Positions 39,178 to 51,967 are shown, counted from the stretch's first letter. The stretch: DNA of 64,000 bases from Oopsacas minuta (GCA_024704765.1 JAKMXF010000315.1:211084-275083); one strand, 5' to 3'. Notes: generated by a model from the letters alone, not told the origin. Numbers and translations are program-made.

Positions 39178-41200
39178 AATAATAATAACAATAATTTATA
39201 ATAGTTTGCCTAGTGATCCAATGAATCTGGCTGCGTCTCTTTCCACTGCGATTTATTCTGTGATTTCCTCTCTACCTCATCCCAATTTATTTCTGCAGAT
39301 AGCAGATGTGTGAGCTCTTAACATTTTTATTTTCTCTACCTAGAACATGCACTAGCCAGTTCCATAATTATCTTTTACCTACTGTAGGAGACTCAAGTTG
39401 AAGCCACCTTTCACTTTGTCCAGTTACAGACTTTCCAATTCTTGCAAGGTACTTTAATTCGAAAGATTTCATTTTTTCTTCAGTCCCAGCGCTAGGATTC
39501 ACACCCATAAGATATAATTGCGCCTATGCGACAAAAAATTGACGTTTATGGAATTTATACGATAGTCGATGATTACACACCACAATCTCTAATTCTCCAA
39601 ATTCACTATAACCTCTACTAATTCTGTATTTCTGTTCTTCACTTTTTCCTCACAGTTTATTGATAAATGAGCCCAGATATTCGGTGGGTGTAAGTATCTG
39701 ATCCCAAAACTTACCTTCATGGTGCTCGGCTTGCATAGTCGCACTCTTGTCCCTTCTAGATGTTGGTTTATCCAACAGAGAGCCTCGGGTAAGTACTCCA
39801 TGTTATACTTAATTATTCCATGGTAATGAGCCTAAGCAGTGTACGAGTGAATGTCTCCATCTTGTCTTACAATACGTAGTCTCTGTCTGGTACGTAGGAC
39901 TGGATCAGGAATATGTCTTCATCATTAGATCGACTTTCAATCATCCATGTGCCCTAAGTACGTATCCTTGTCATCTCCCGGATCATTATCTCATAATACT
40001 TCCAGACGTATACCTTTGCACGCAGGTTTGTCGGGTGGGTTGCTTGCCTTCTTTGGGAAGGGTAGAGCAGACCATGGACATCAGAAACTTGGGTTCAGTG
40101 CATCAATATCAATATTGAGTTGGCTTCGAGACTAATGGTTTGGGATCAATGAGCAGCTGTAAGCTTTTTGATGCACTGATTTCGGGTCCCCTGACGAGGC
40201 TGTGGTCTCCAAGAGGGCTGTAGAGTTTCCATGTCCTTACTATTATTTTCCATCAACCATAATAGGTCATCTGCGTATCCGATCTTGGAGAAGTTTCTCC
40301 CGGTATAACAAGCTTACTCCCATGTTTTCGTTATCTCTCTGTTAGACTATCTCCTGATATACTCGATCTAAGCATATTAGGAATAGGAACGATGAGATTA
40401 CGTCTCCTTGTATTACACCCCTTCCAATTCTGAATACATTACTTTATTTGCCCCTATTTAACTCTACTAACACAGTTGACGTATCGTATATCTTTCGATG
40501 AGCTTAACTAAGTTGTTGTGGACACTCCACATATGTAAATCTTCTACTAGATATATGTAGTTAACCTTGTCAAATGCTACCTTTAGTCTATGAGGGTGAA
40601 ACATGCTGTGTCAAAAAGTGATACTATGTCATGTATGATTGCTCTATAGTTGTGTAGATTATCACGTTTTTCTGCGAGAGGGTCTGAATCCGCACTAAAT
40701 ATCTGATATACAGATACTATTCATGATTTGTAGGAGAAGTATGCATGAGGGTTTTTGAGATTAAGCATAGTCCGAGTGCCATGTTTTTGGGTATCATCTC
40801 TTGGCTAATGATGTCAGACAGTAAAATTCTCAAAGAAATTACAACGGTGGAGCTTACCTTGTATACTTCAGCTGGTATTCCTTATTTCCCAACTGTATGT
40901 CCGTTTTACATTCTGTTGATTGCCACAGCCAATTCGGCTTCTGGTACTGCTCCATACAGTGTTTATGGTATGTCTACATTTTGCAACTGTATGGCGACGG
41001 ATGAACGAAGCCTATCTGATTCCTTGAATCTCTCTGAGAGGTGGCTTTGCAATACAGTGATTCTCTGCTCTTCAGCCACTATGGGTAAATTATTTGTGGT
41101 TTTGATAACTTTGCTCCACAGGTGAGCCAAAAGTTCTGCAATAAATTGCAATTGATACATACTCCAAAGTTTTTTGCTATACCTTTACAGATTTCGTTGT
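39178..41200 (-). mobile_element. 5'-truncated non-LTR retrotransposon (RTE-like RT), decayed
   Basis: Minus strand gives GIPAEVYK (~40860-885), GVIQGDVIS (~40398-424) and KIGYADDL (~40263-286). A (TAA)n-like tail lies near 39178-39200. Confidence 0.75.
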
Positions 41201-41366
41201 ATTTGGAGGAACTAACTATATCAAAATTTCAAATCCTTGTTCCTAAATTATGAGATCTAATTCATTTCAAATATCTTATCTTTGGCTTTGATTCACATTT
41301 TCAATCATTCAGGGAATTTTCCCCATGCTCGCGCTACTTCTTCCTTTCCTAAATCATTCCACAAAC

Positions 41367-43300
41367 CAGTGGTTCCCAAATTTATATACTTAGTGACCCA
41401 CTTTTAGTTCATCCAAAACCTCGCGACCATACAAAGTTAACTAGGATTATATAATAAATCATGATCAATTCAGTAGTATTATGATATGATATTACTAATA
41501 AATGTTTTCTAATGCGAAGGATGTAATTGTTTCTGCTTAACTAACTCTTGTATTTCAGGCTCTGTGGTAGAGAGTGCGCAAAGTAGATCATCTTCCACTT
41601 TTAATCTATTCCTAGTGCTACTTTTTAGCTGTAGTAGAATGGAAAAACTTGATTCACAGAGGTAAGTTGTCGCAACTGAAATAAGTTTTTGCAGCACAAT
41701 TCTTGTCAACGTGGGATATGAATCTTTCATTAAGCTCCAAAAAGTATTCAATTCCTCTCTTTCAAAGACTTCCTTTGCAGATCCATCATTGATAAGTTCT
41801 ATTAATTCATCCTAAGCCCGATCATTCTTATCAGGTATTGTTTGAGGAGAAACAATGAATGGATTTCTGAATAAAGTAAATTCGATGTCACCACATTCAG
41901 GAAAATAATGGAAAATTCAGATTCTATAGCTGCAAGGTGTTCAATGATAATACCTCTGGTGTCCTCGTCTAGCCTGATATCTTTCTCCTTGAAAGGTTCA
42001 GATAACCCTCGAACATACATGTGTTTCTATTTCAATTTTTCTTTTCCAATTCTTAAGTTTCATTTGAAAAGTATTCAGTTTTCCATTAAAATCAAAAATG
42101 TATTTATTTTGCCTTGAAGAGAGAGACTTAAACTGTTGATGCGATCAAAAATATCGACAAGGTAAGCAAGATGCACTTCGCTCCTCTCATCTGAGATTAT
42201 TACCAAAAATTCATGTTTTGCATTTTGGTCAAGGAATACCTTTATCTCCGGAAGCATTATTTGGACTCGTTTAAGAACATTTCCCTTTGAAAGCCAACGT
42301 ACTTGAGTGTAGTAAAAGAGTAGAGTTTGGTGACTAGCGGTCATGTCCTCTCATAGTTCTCTGAAAAGCCGCGTGTTAAGTGCACTGGATTTGATAAAGT
42401 TCTATCTTTATTATTATAGACATCATTTCTAAGAGCTGTGGCAGCATAATTTTACAAGCTAGCGCTTGTCTATGGATCACGCAGTGTACTCCTGTGACTT
42501 CTGGTGATTTATCTTTGACAAGCTTTTGAAAACCTGAACGCGAACCAAGCATAGCTGGTACTCCATCACTTCAAACGCCACACTAATCCTTCCACTCGAG
42601 TTAATTATCTTGGAAATAATTGTCAATCAATTCAAAGACATCCTGTGATCTAGTTGTGGTTTCAAATTCACGACAGAACAAAAACTCCTCCTTAAATTTA
42701 TTATTGTGAACATCGGCAGTATACCATTAATTGTGAGCATGATGAAACATCTGTAGACTCATCAAGTTGCAGTGAAAACAACTTAATAGGAGAAACGAAC
42801 AATTGTTTCACAATCAGTTTCAGCATATTATCCGACTTATCAGAAATTCTTCGCTCGACGGTGTTATTAGAAAGAGGGATGCATGATAACTTTTGGCGAA
42901 TTCATTTCTAAAAATAAGTTGAACCATGTCCTTGCACAAGGGAGTATGGTCCTCTCCAATTGTGTGAGGTTTCTGCTTTCTTGCTATTCTTAAAATACAA
43001 GGTATGAAGCTTCAATACACATGAACGATTGTTGTTGATAAGTGCCTGTTGTATCAAGTCTTGATCGCTTCAACACAGTTTCCATCCTTTTGAAAATGAA
43101 GGATCTTTAGATGAATGTTCAGGATGACGAGTTTCGAGATGTCTTTTTAATTTACTCGGTTTCATTGATTCAGCTGAGAGAGTCTCATTGCATACGACAC
43201 ATCGGGGGGTTTTGAATTCCTGAATTTTGAATATAGGTAAATCCATAGTTGATATAATCTTCTGCGTACTTCCGCTTTTGGAGCCGTTGCCATGATCGTT
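41367..43300 (-). mobile_element. hAT (ZBED5/Buster-like) element, one end missing
   Basis: Left terminus CAGTGGTTCCCAAA at 41367. Transposase from ATG 43293 with BED finger (CVVC...RHLETRH), TQVRWLSKG and TTYLCESSFS. No partner TIR or TSD found. Confidence 0.8.
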
Positions 43301-43552
43301 GATTTTGATTTTAGAAAATTTCTATTAGATAATTATTGGGTAAATGTATTTAATAACATTAATCTACTAATGACATTGTAATAAGTATACACTATGCATA
43401 TTGTTCAGTATAGTTGTTATAATTTCATCATAAGTATGTTTACAACATTCAAAATAAAATTTTGAAGTAACACCATAATACTATATGTTTTCAGACACTA
43501 AAGTAACCATAAACAGACTTGGTCAAACGAAACAAAGATAATTGACAACGTG

Positions 43553-43890
43553 CTAAATTAGATCCCTCAATTGTTTATGAATTCGAGCCAATGACGACCC
43601 CCAGTTTTGGAAACAGTGCCATAAACGAACAATTGCCATTTTCAAAGCCTGAACAGATTTATGTGCGTGATTGTTCACTATTGCTTCCATTCTACCCCAC
43701 AAATAGTAGTCACAAGGGGTTGAGGTCTGGGCTAGGAGGGGGGCCATTCATCCTTGTTGAAAAAATCAGTAATGTTCCTGGAAGCCAGTCCTGATTAATC
43801 TTAGCAGTATGAGCTGGGGATTCGTCCTGTTGAAATAATCAATTTTCTCCCTTCCTGAAGGTAGGCCTATTGGTTTTATATCGGTGCCCT
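43553..43890 (-). mobile_element. maT (DD37D) transposase 3' fragment
   Basis: LFQQDESPAHTAK...DEWPPxSPDLNPCDYYLW on the minus strand, with frameshifts. Confidence 0.7.
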
Positions 43891-43907
43891 TGGGTGGTGG
43901 TCTATAT

Positions 43908-46244
43908 CAGGCTTGTCCAACCTACGGCCCGCGGGACCACAATCCGGCCCGCGAGAGGATTCTATCCCGCCCGCCAACATGCTCGGGAACTGTTACCAGT
44001 TGGTGGCGATATTTAATTGAGTGAAACCTATTTGAGCGAACTCAATTAGGAGAAACCCAATATTGCAAAACCAAATTGAATGAAACCAATTTCTGAAAAG
44101 TGTGATTTCAATAACTTAAAAATCCTTAAATAACTTTGTAATTTAGTTTTGATTGAGTAATCATCTGTCACATAACTGGGTTTCTCTCAACTCGAACAGC
44201 TCATATAAATTCCAAATAATAAACCATCTTAAACAATATTAAAATAACTACAAAACAAATATGTCAACTCCCGTGATTAAAGCAAAGAAAAGGAAAATTG
44301 ATAGTGAATGTCGAGTTTTCAAATCCTCATGGACATTAGATTTTTTCGTCGTAGAACACAACGAATACTTATTGTGCTTGATATGTCAGGAGAAGATAGC
44401 TGTATTCAAAGAGTATAATATCAAACGACATTACTCTACTAAACATGCAGATACATTTGACACGCTTACAGGTCAGGTGAGAATCGATCGGGTGAACCTG
44501 TTGAAGGATAGCATCAACAGTCAACAATCTTTCTTTAAAGCCGTTAAATTAAGTTCTGAGACAGCAACAAAGGTCAGCTTTCTGATAACAGAAGCGATAG
44601 CCAAGAGTGGAAAACCATTGTCTGAAGGGGAATTTGTAAAAGACTGCTTAGACATATTTACATCTGTGGCATGCCCAAATAAGAAGTCGATAGTAGAGAG
44701 CATCAGTCTGTCACATCAAACTGTTGCTAGAAGAGTAGATGATTTATCATCCAACATTGAAATTTCACTAATTAAACGACTCAATGCTTGCAAATTTTAC
44801 AGCTTGGCCCTTGATGAAAGTACCGATGTTAGCGACACAGCTCAACTGGCAATCTTTGTACGTGGTGTCACAGAAAATTTCGAAATAATCGAAGAACTGC
44901 TCGACTTATGTCCAATGAAAGGCACAACTACTGGGCAAGATATTTTCAATGTAGTAAAACATGTGTTTACGAAATTCAAACTTGCAGATGAAAAACTAAG
45001 TGGTTTAACAACTGATGGAGCCCCTGCGATGACAGGAAAGCATAAAGGCTTTGTTAGCCTTATGCTCAAATCAATGACCTCTCCTGTTATGACATACCAC
45101 TGCATTATTCATCAAGAACAACTTTGTGCAAAAACCTTAGATATGAAACATGTGATGGAAAATGTCGTCAATACAGTCAATTTCATAAGGTCGAAGGGAC
45201 TCAATCACAGACAATTCCAAGCGTTTCTTGCAGAGATAGGATCAGACTATAACGATGTTATTTACTTTAGCCAAGTTAGCTGGCTCAGCAGAGCGTCCAC
45301 TCTAGCCAGATACTGGTCACTACTTGAAGAAATAAAAACATTCATGACCATTAAGGGAAAGGATGTGAGCTTTCTGGATGATGATCAGTGGTTGAATGAT
45401 CTCGCATTTCTAGTTGACATAACTAAGTATCTCGCAGATTTAAATCTGAAACTACAAGGAAGAAAACAATTCGTTAACAACCTGTATGAGCATGTCAAAG
45501 CGTTCATCAACAAATTACAATTATTCCACCAACAATTTATTTTGAAAAAGGTGGTATATTTCTCAACATTATCTACAAGAAAAAGTGAGACAGTGAATCA
45601 TGATAAGTATTCTGCACTGATCAACAGCTTAATCGATGAATTTGAACTAAGATTTTCTGATTTTAGTGACAAATTCGATGAAATGGAGTTGTTTGGAACT
45701 GATGCCACTAATGCTCCTGAAATGTTCCAACTGGAACTAATTGGAATACAAAATAACTCGGAGAGAAAGAGAGCTTTTGCAGAGCATGACCTTCTGACAT
45801 TTTATGGTCAATATGTTACATCGGATCTATTTCCTAATTTATCGCAACACGCCCTTAGGTTCCTTTCCTTATTTGGCAGCACGTATTGCTGTCAACAGCT
45901 TTTCTCAATGATGAAAAATGTTCAAAGCAAGTCTAGATCACTCCTGACAGACACTCATCTATCAGGAATATTACGGATTGCGACATCAAGTGTACGAGCA
46001 GATATTGACTCTTTGTGTAAACAAAAACAAAGTCAGATATCCCATTAGATATGTTCTTTATCATTAAAGTTTACTATAATTAAATAATACATGTAGTAAT
46101 TTTTCAATTCTGAAATAATCCGTATTAACGCCATCCCCAAATAAATAACATCTTGCTACTTTGATATATCCAATGTCGTGCGGCCCTCAAGTAGATAAAG
46201 AAGCCCTCATTTGGCCCGCGAACAAAAAAGGTTGGACAAGCCTG
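43908..46244 (+). mobile_element. hAT (SPIN/GTF2IRD2-like) element, structurally complete
   Basis: Perfect 16-bp TIRs CAGGCTTGTCCAACCT and perfect 8-bp TSD GTCTATAT (43900-07, 46245-52). Subterminal GGCCCGCG repeats. Confidence 0.95.
44261..46048 (+). CDS. hAT transposase, 595-aa open frame with catalytic-site substitutions
   Basis: BED finger CLIC...H...H, SLALDESTD, TTDGAPAM and HCIIHQE. VSWLSR replaces the usual VRWLSR, and STYCCQQLFS replaces the usual CEQLFS. Confidence 0.9.
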   Translation: MSTPVIKAKKRKIDSECRVFKSSWTLDFFVVEHNEYLLCLICQEKIAVFKEYNIKRHYSTKHADTFDTLTGQVRIDRVNLLKDSINSQQSFFKAVKLSSETATKVSFLITEAIAKSGKPLSEGEFVKDCLDIFTSVACPNKKSIVESISLSHQTVARRVDDLSSNIEISLIKRLNACKFYSLALDESTDVSDTAQLAIFVRGVTENFEIIEELLDLCPMKGTTTGQDIFNVVKHVFTKFKLADEKLSGLTTDGAPAMTGKHKGFVSLMLKSMTSPVMTYHCIIHQEQLCAKTLDMKHVMENVVNTVNFIRSKGLNHRQFQAFLAEIGSDYNDVIYFSQVSWLSRASTLARYWSLLEEIKTFMTIKGKDVSFLDDDQWLNDLAFLVDITKYLADLNLKLQGRKQFVNNLYEHVKAFINKLQLFHQQFILKKVVYFSTLSTRKSETVNHDKYSALINSLIDEFELRFSDFSDKFDEMELFGTDATNAPEMFQLELIGIQNNSERKRAFAEHDLLTFYGQYVTSDLFPNLSQHALRFLSLFGSTYCCQQLFSMMKNVQSKSRSLLTDTHLSGILRIATSSVRADIDSLCKQKQSQISH

Positions 46245-46252
46245 GTCTATAT

Positions 46253-46645
46253 CACCAGATTAACCCTGACATCGCTAGCGTTTGGTTATTTATGGTCCCA
46301 AAACGCGCTTACACCAGCGCCAATGTTGGCAGAGCCCTGATGCAATGCAATAGTACACAGGTCTAGTTTATGCAATATTTAGTAAGAGATTGGTTTAATG
46401 GAACAACAATTTGGGTGTCGTAAGCAACCCCTGGTACCCCAATATTTCCGGGCGGGCCAGAGGCATACCCGGAGTTTCCTGGTGAAATAGCCTAAATTAA
46501 CCTTCCAACCCAGTTTCATCTCGGGAATAGTTTGGCTTTTTTAGATTGTCCCCCAGGTATAAACAGGGCTAGCCCAGATTAGGCCCCGGGGTTAATCTAG
46601 GCTAGCCCTGATTATGCCCTCAAAAGGAGATCATCTGTGCTAGCC
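46253..46645. repeat. Unclassified GC-rich repeat with GGGTTAATCTAGGCT-type motifs
   Basis: CCCCGGGGTTAATCTAGGCTAGCCC and variants recur at ~47985-48035 (across the mariner insertion) and ~50975-51095. Confidence 0.45.
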
Positions 46646-46647
46646 TA

Positions 46648-47978
46648 CAGAGGTATTCAATATATACCAATCACTGTATATTTTTAATGAAATAGCAGTT
46701 ATAAGCTAGTATTACTCAGTGCAATTATATAGAACCCTATTTCAACTTTCTAACAAAACTTAGAGAGAGTTGATCACTTAATTATTTCCCAAATTTCAGT
46801 TATTTTTTAGAAACCTACATTTTCTCCTTTGCATTTTTCACGGCTTCTTGTCCAAATTTTCGGATCTTGAACAACGAACGTACATCAAACTTCGAACCAT
46901 TCTCGAAGTCCCTCCAAAGTCTATTCATGACGAGTTGGCAACGATATGTATAGAAGATACTTTATCGTATTCAACTGTCAGAAGGTGGGTGAGCCTATTT
47001 AGGGAAGGTATGACCTGTGTCCAAGACGCCCCTCGTCCTGGAGCACTAGAACTGGCGACCAACAATGACAAATTGAGTGAAGTAAAGGAATATGTCGAGT
47101 CCTTTCGCATTCTTCGGTTGAGGAGGTAGCTAACTATGTTGGCATTTCAAAGGGAAGTGCACACACAATTCTGAAGGCAGATTTAGAACTGAGGAAGGTA
47201 CAAGTGCGAGTGGTACCACATTGCTTAACTTTTCCACAAAAGGCCGCGAGACTCCAAATGGCTAAGGAAAACCATGAAATTTATGAAGGGAGTGACCCTG
47301 GCGGTTATTAGAGATAATAACAGGTGATGAAACATGGATACAATTCAAACCACCGATCAGAAAGCAAGATGGCAGGGTATGGCTAAAGAAAGGAGAGGTA
47401 CCCCCAGCTGTTTGTGTGTCCGACTTCCGTGCCCCGAAGGTCTTGTACTGCATATTTTTCGATGGCCTAGGTCCTGTAGCCTAAATCCCTGTTCCCAAAG
47501 GTCAGACACTCACAGGACAATTTTACGCAGATGTGGTGTTGCCTGAGGTCGAAAATATTATCTTAAGTGTCGTCCAAAGACTGGAACTCGCGGTCTCAAA
47601 ATTTTGCACGATAATGCTAGACCACATAAATCTTTGGCTCTAGGGAAAAAATTGAAGATATGGGTATGCACGAAGTTCCACATCCACCTTATTCTCCTGA
47701 TATAGCCCCATGTGACTTCTGGCTGTTTAGAAAACTCAAAGATACCCTCACGGACGCGAATTTGAGGATCGGCTCAGCCTTGCTCGGGCAATTTACAAAT
47801 ACCTTGAAGTCATACCCAAGGATGAGTACAGGAAGACTTTTGAAAATTGGATTAAAGGCTAAATTCAGTTGTAGCGTATAAAGGAGACTCCTTTGAACAT
47901 TCATAGCAAAAATTACCAACTTTACACAAGTATTAATAGTTTTAGTATGGTATGATTAGTGTTTATTGAATGCCCCTG
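46648..47978 (+). mobile_element. mariner (DD34D) element, full length, defective
   Basis: TA flanks (46646-47, 47979-80). ~25-bp TIRs CAG(A/G)GG(T/C)ATTCAATA. STVRRWVSLF, ITGDETW, HDNARPH and HPPYSPDIAPCDFWLF in shifted frames. Confidence 0.9.
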
Positions 47979-48209
47979 TAAATTATCCGCAGCTATAGTC
48001 CGGGATAGCGCAGATTACCCCCGGAGTTAATGGTCAACAGATTATGATGTAATCTGCTTGTAGAATACAAGTTGGCACACTTACAATGTGCATATTTGTA
48101 TTTCAACTATTATTTACACAAAAGAGCATATTTACTTGTTTGATCCACCAATTATATTTACTATATTGTTTTGATGGATGATCAACCCTACAATCAAATA
48201 TTGTATTTT

Positions 48210-50025
48210 TGTATATCCAATGAAAACATGTATCCAGGAGAGATCTATAAACTTACTTCTTAAAAACGAGTAAAAATGCGAAATCATTCAAACAAACTGT
48301 TAAGCAATATACATGAAGGATGGGCTTCTGATGCATGCTGAAAAGCAAGTTATACGTAAAGTGAAATGGACGCAGTACTCAAAATGTATCATGGTGAGCC
48401 TGTAACTGGTATTCATTTGGTCGTGACAAAACCTACTAGGATACCTATTGGAAGGGTAAATATTTACTAATACATAATTTAAGATTCATCGGGAGCAAAC
48501 TTTCACACCCAATGGTAGCTCAATGGCACTGTTGGAGATATGCGTACCATCTCAAGTATGGAGTCTTGTAGAAATTGATCTCATTGGGTCCTTACACGAG
48601 AATGTAAGTGACAACAAATATATTGTAGCTATTTCAGACCACTTTCCCAAGAGGTCAGAAGCTATTGCAATTCCTGACAAAGCTTCTAAATCTGTAGCTG
48701 ATTTCTATACATAGTAGTCTGCAGATTGGAATGTATAGAAACACTGATAAGTGACCAAGGAAGAGAGTTGGTGAAGGAAGTTATTGGTTATCTTCTTGAA
48801 ATTCTGCAGACTGAGCATAGAATTCTTCCTGCTTATCATCCTGAAACAAATGGACAACGGAAGGAGATAACAGTACCCTAAATCTGAATTGGTGAAATTG
48901 GTAAATGAAAGAGGTGATGTTTGGGATATGTATATCCCGGGAATACAATTTGCTTATCACACAAGCATTAATGCTTCTACGAAATAGACTCCATTTCAGG
49001 CGATTTATTGTCGTAGTGCGAAGCTACCCGATTGATTTCTCTATTAAACCCCCAAATAAATTGAGCAGTCAAACCCAAAGTTTTACAGGCGCCCGGCGTG
49101 ATGCGTGAAGTTATCAACAGCAAAATTGACATTAATATCGCAAACGTACAGGAACACCTAAAATGAAACTTTGATAGCCATCAATCTAATAGTAAAGTGC
49201 TATCACCTGGCGCAACTGTGTGCATAAAAAGCAGCAAGCAAATACATCGGATGGGATCGAAGATGGAACCACGCTGGGTAGGTCCTTACAAAATCATTGA
49301 GTTGCTAGATAAAGGTTACGCAATCCTAGAGAATATTAACACAGGTAAGAAGTAAAAATTATATAATATTCAAATTTGAAGAATTATGATTCAAATAACA
49401 GAGCTTAAGATGGTAAATCAAAGAAAATATTTCAATATTACATTCTAAGATTAAGAAACTAGAGCGTACGGATGAGATAGCTATAATTGGATTTGAACAA
49501 TTAATCAAACAATTCGACCCAAACAGACTGTTTTCTCGAATTTCCACTGAATCTAGAAAAATGTTGATAAAGTTTTCAACTTGAATATATGCAAGACCCC
49601 AATACTTTGTAAAACCTGACTACCTATCTAAACCTGCGCCGATATACAGAGCTAAATGATGATGGTAATTGCTACTACGATCAATCCGCTGTATCCAAAC
49701 AGTTTCCGAAGATAGCCATGTCGTAATTCGTAAAAACAGTCGTCCATCACAGGAGTGGTAGTTTGAGTGAAACACTAAGATTGTATCTTTCTCAAACGGT
49801 GGCCAATTCAGTCAGCGAAGGTGTCATTGACTCCAGTTGTGTATGAACAACGCAGAAGAAATACTGGCCACAGCTAACCTTATTCAGCATGATATCTTTG
49901 TGTATGCAAAGAGTGAGGATTCTATGGAATGGCATACATACCCTGCTTCTTTTACATTGACAAAACAACAGAAATTGCATTGTATCTGGAAATTAAGCTG
50001 AACACTTCAACGTAGTCATCAATAT
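48210..50025 (+). pseudogene. Ginger/GIN1-like integrase with C-terminal OTU-like protease, decayed
   Basis: Integrase motifs GRDKT, EIDLIG...KYIVAISDHF, SDQGRE, AYHPETNG, FAYHTS and WVGPYKII, with no RT/RNaseH upstream. Followed by DGNCYY (~49660), EILATANLIQHDIFVY...W and EHFNVV (~50000). Termini not found. Confidence 0.6.
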
Positions 50026-50026
50026 A

Positions 50027-50944
50027 CAGTCAGGGGACAAAAGTATTCGACCACACAAATATATTGTCATAAATTGTATACTCTTTCCCGTTCCTATATA
50101 TTGTGTAGTCTATATTCGTAGCTGCTATCTAGTAATTTGTATAGAATAACATATGTTTTTCAAGAATTTCAAAAAAATATTTTAGATTGACACTTTTTGA
50201 AGGTGTTAATCATTAATAATTATTAGATAATTATTGATAATCAAAATATGTGGTAATTCAAAACCTATTAAGAATCTATAATTTCTGACTTGATATTTGA
50301 ATTCTACGTAGGCGAGTTACCCCAGGTTGAAATTTCCAATTGGATTGAACAATTTTTACCAAAGTTATAAAAGAATTTCAATTTGTCCCACTTGTGCCAC
50401 TTTTTTCAAAAAGTGGCACAGGTGGCAGGAAAAAGCGCCACTACAAGGAAATCAACTAGGGTTAGGAGGAATAAGTCGAAGTAATATTTTCGAATGATAT
50501 GACTATGCTAACCCTTGAATTCCAAAATAACCTCTTGGTAGCGGCCACTTGTGCCACCTTCGGCAAAAGGTGGCACAAATGGCACAAAATTGAAATTCAT
50601 CTATAACTTTGGTAAAAATTGCTCAATCCGATTGGAAATTTCAACCTGGGGTAACTCGCCTACGTAGAATTCAAATATCAAGTCAGAAATTATAGATTCT
50701 TAATAGGTTTTGAATTACCACATATTTTGATTATCAATAATTATCTAATAACTATTAATAATTAACACCTTCAAAAAGTGTCAATCTAAAATATTTTTTT
50801 GAAATTCTTGAAAAACATATGTTATTCTATACAAATTACTAGATAGCAGCTACGAATATAGACTACACAATATATAGGAGCGGGAAAGAGTATACAATTT
50901 ATGACAATATATTTGTGTGGTCGAATACTTTTGTCCCCTGACTG
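50027..50944. mobile_element. 918-bp foldback/MITE (Tc1-like ends) with ~400-bp inverted arms
   Basis: TA flanks (50025-26, 50945-46). Ends CAGTCAGGGGACAAAAGTATTCGACCAC. Arms are near-identical for ~360 bp and recognisable to ~400 bp. No coding capacity. Confidence 0.9.
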
Positions 50945-51955
50945 TACATTGATACTAGAAACATAGACAATTTTGCTAGTTTATACCCAGGGGGTTAATC
51001 TAGGCTCAGAAGGTATAATCTGGCTAGTTGAGTTTAGACCCCGGGAATAAACCAGCCTAGTCAAGTTTATACCCGGATATACTCCGGCGCTAATGCATTA
51101 TATATAATAATAAATATATTTTAGATGATCAGAATCAAAATTTTCCTTCATTTCTCCAACCTTTATTACAAAATTTTAGACTTTCATTGAATATTTATGT
51201 GCATACATAATATAAACCACCTGGGTTTTGGTCGTGACAATGTAGTGATATTCTATATTGAATGCCTAAAATCTATATTACTGGAACCTTACAAGTTCTA
51301 ACGTCAATTTACAAATTAATTTATATTAGTGGCCAGGTCCGTATCAAATCAGTTTGATTTGGAAAAAGACTCATCGTTTATCTACCAACTCATTCAAAAA
51401 AATGAATTGATATTGCCAAATAATAATGAGTGAATAAGTCGTGAAATCTATTATACACTACAAATATATATATACATATATATATTAGACCATGTAGAAT
51501 AAATTACTTGTTTCATCCAGAATTTCTACGGAAACTGGGACAGCGGGAGGTATTATATTTTTATTTTTATAGGCCACTTAATATGTAAAAATGATTACCA
51601 TACAATTATTCATCACATACTCTCTGGGAATAAAAATATTGAGTATTTCCATACAAGTAGTAAAATTTACATTGCACAATCTGTGACCAAGGAATTGCCC
51701 ATAAATTTTGAAACTCCAAAAGAAATGAGACAAAATTAGGCATATGCGCGGATGACAAACAAGAAATTTCTTTTCATGGCCTGATTTAATGTATTTTATT
51801 TATTATTTATGTTACATTTTGGTTTGCCCTAATGCGATCACGAACCATAAATTTAATGAAATTAGCACATTCCACGAAAGTTAGGAGCGGCCCTCAAATA
51901 GAACATTATGGATTTTTAAGAATATATGCTGTATACCATATATTTACAAATGAGT

Positions 51956-51967
51956 AGCGCATGCGCT
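51956..51967. promoter_or_regulatory. NRF1/EWG-type palindrome AGCGCATGCGCT
   Basis: Perfect 12-bp palindrome with the GCGCATGCGC core, in AT-rich surroundings. Function is inferred only. Confidence 0.4.
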
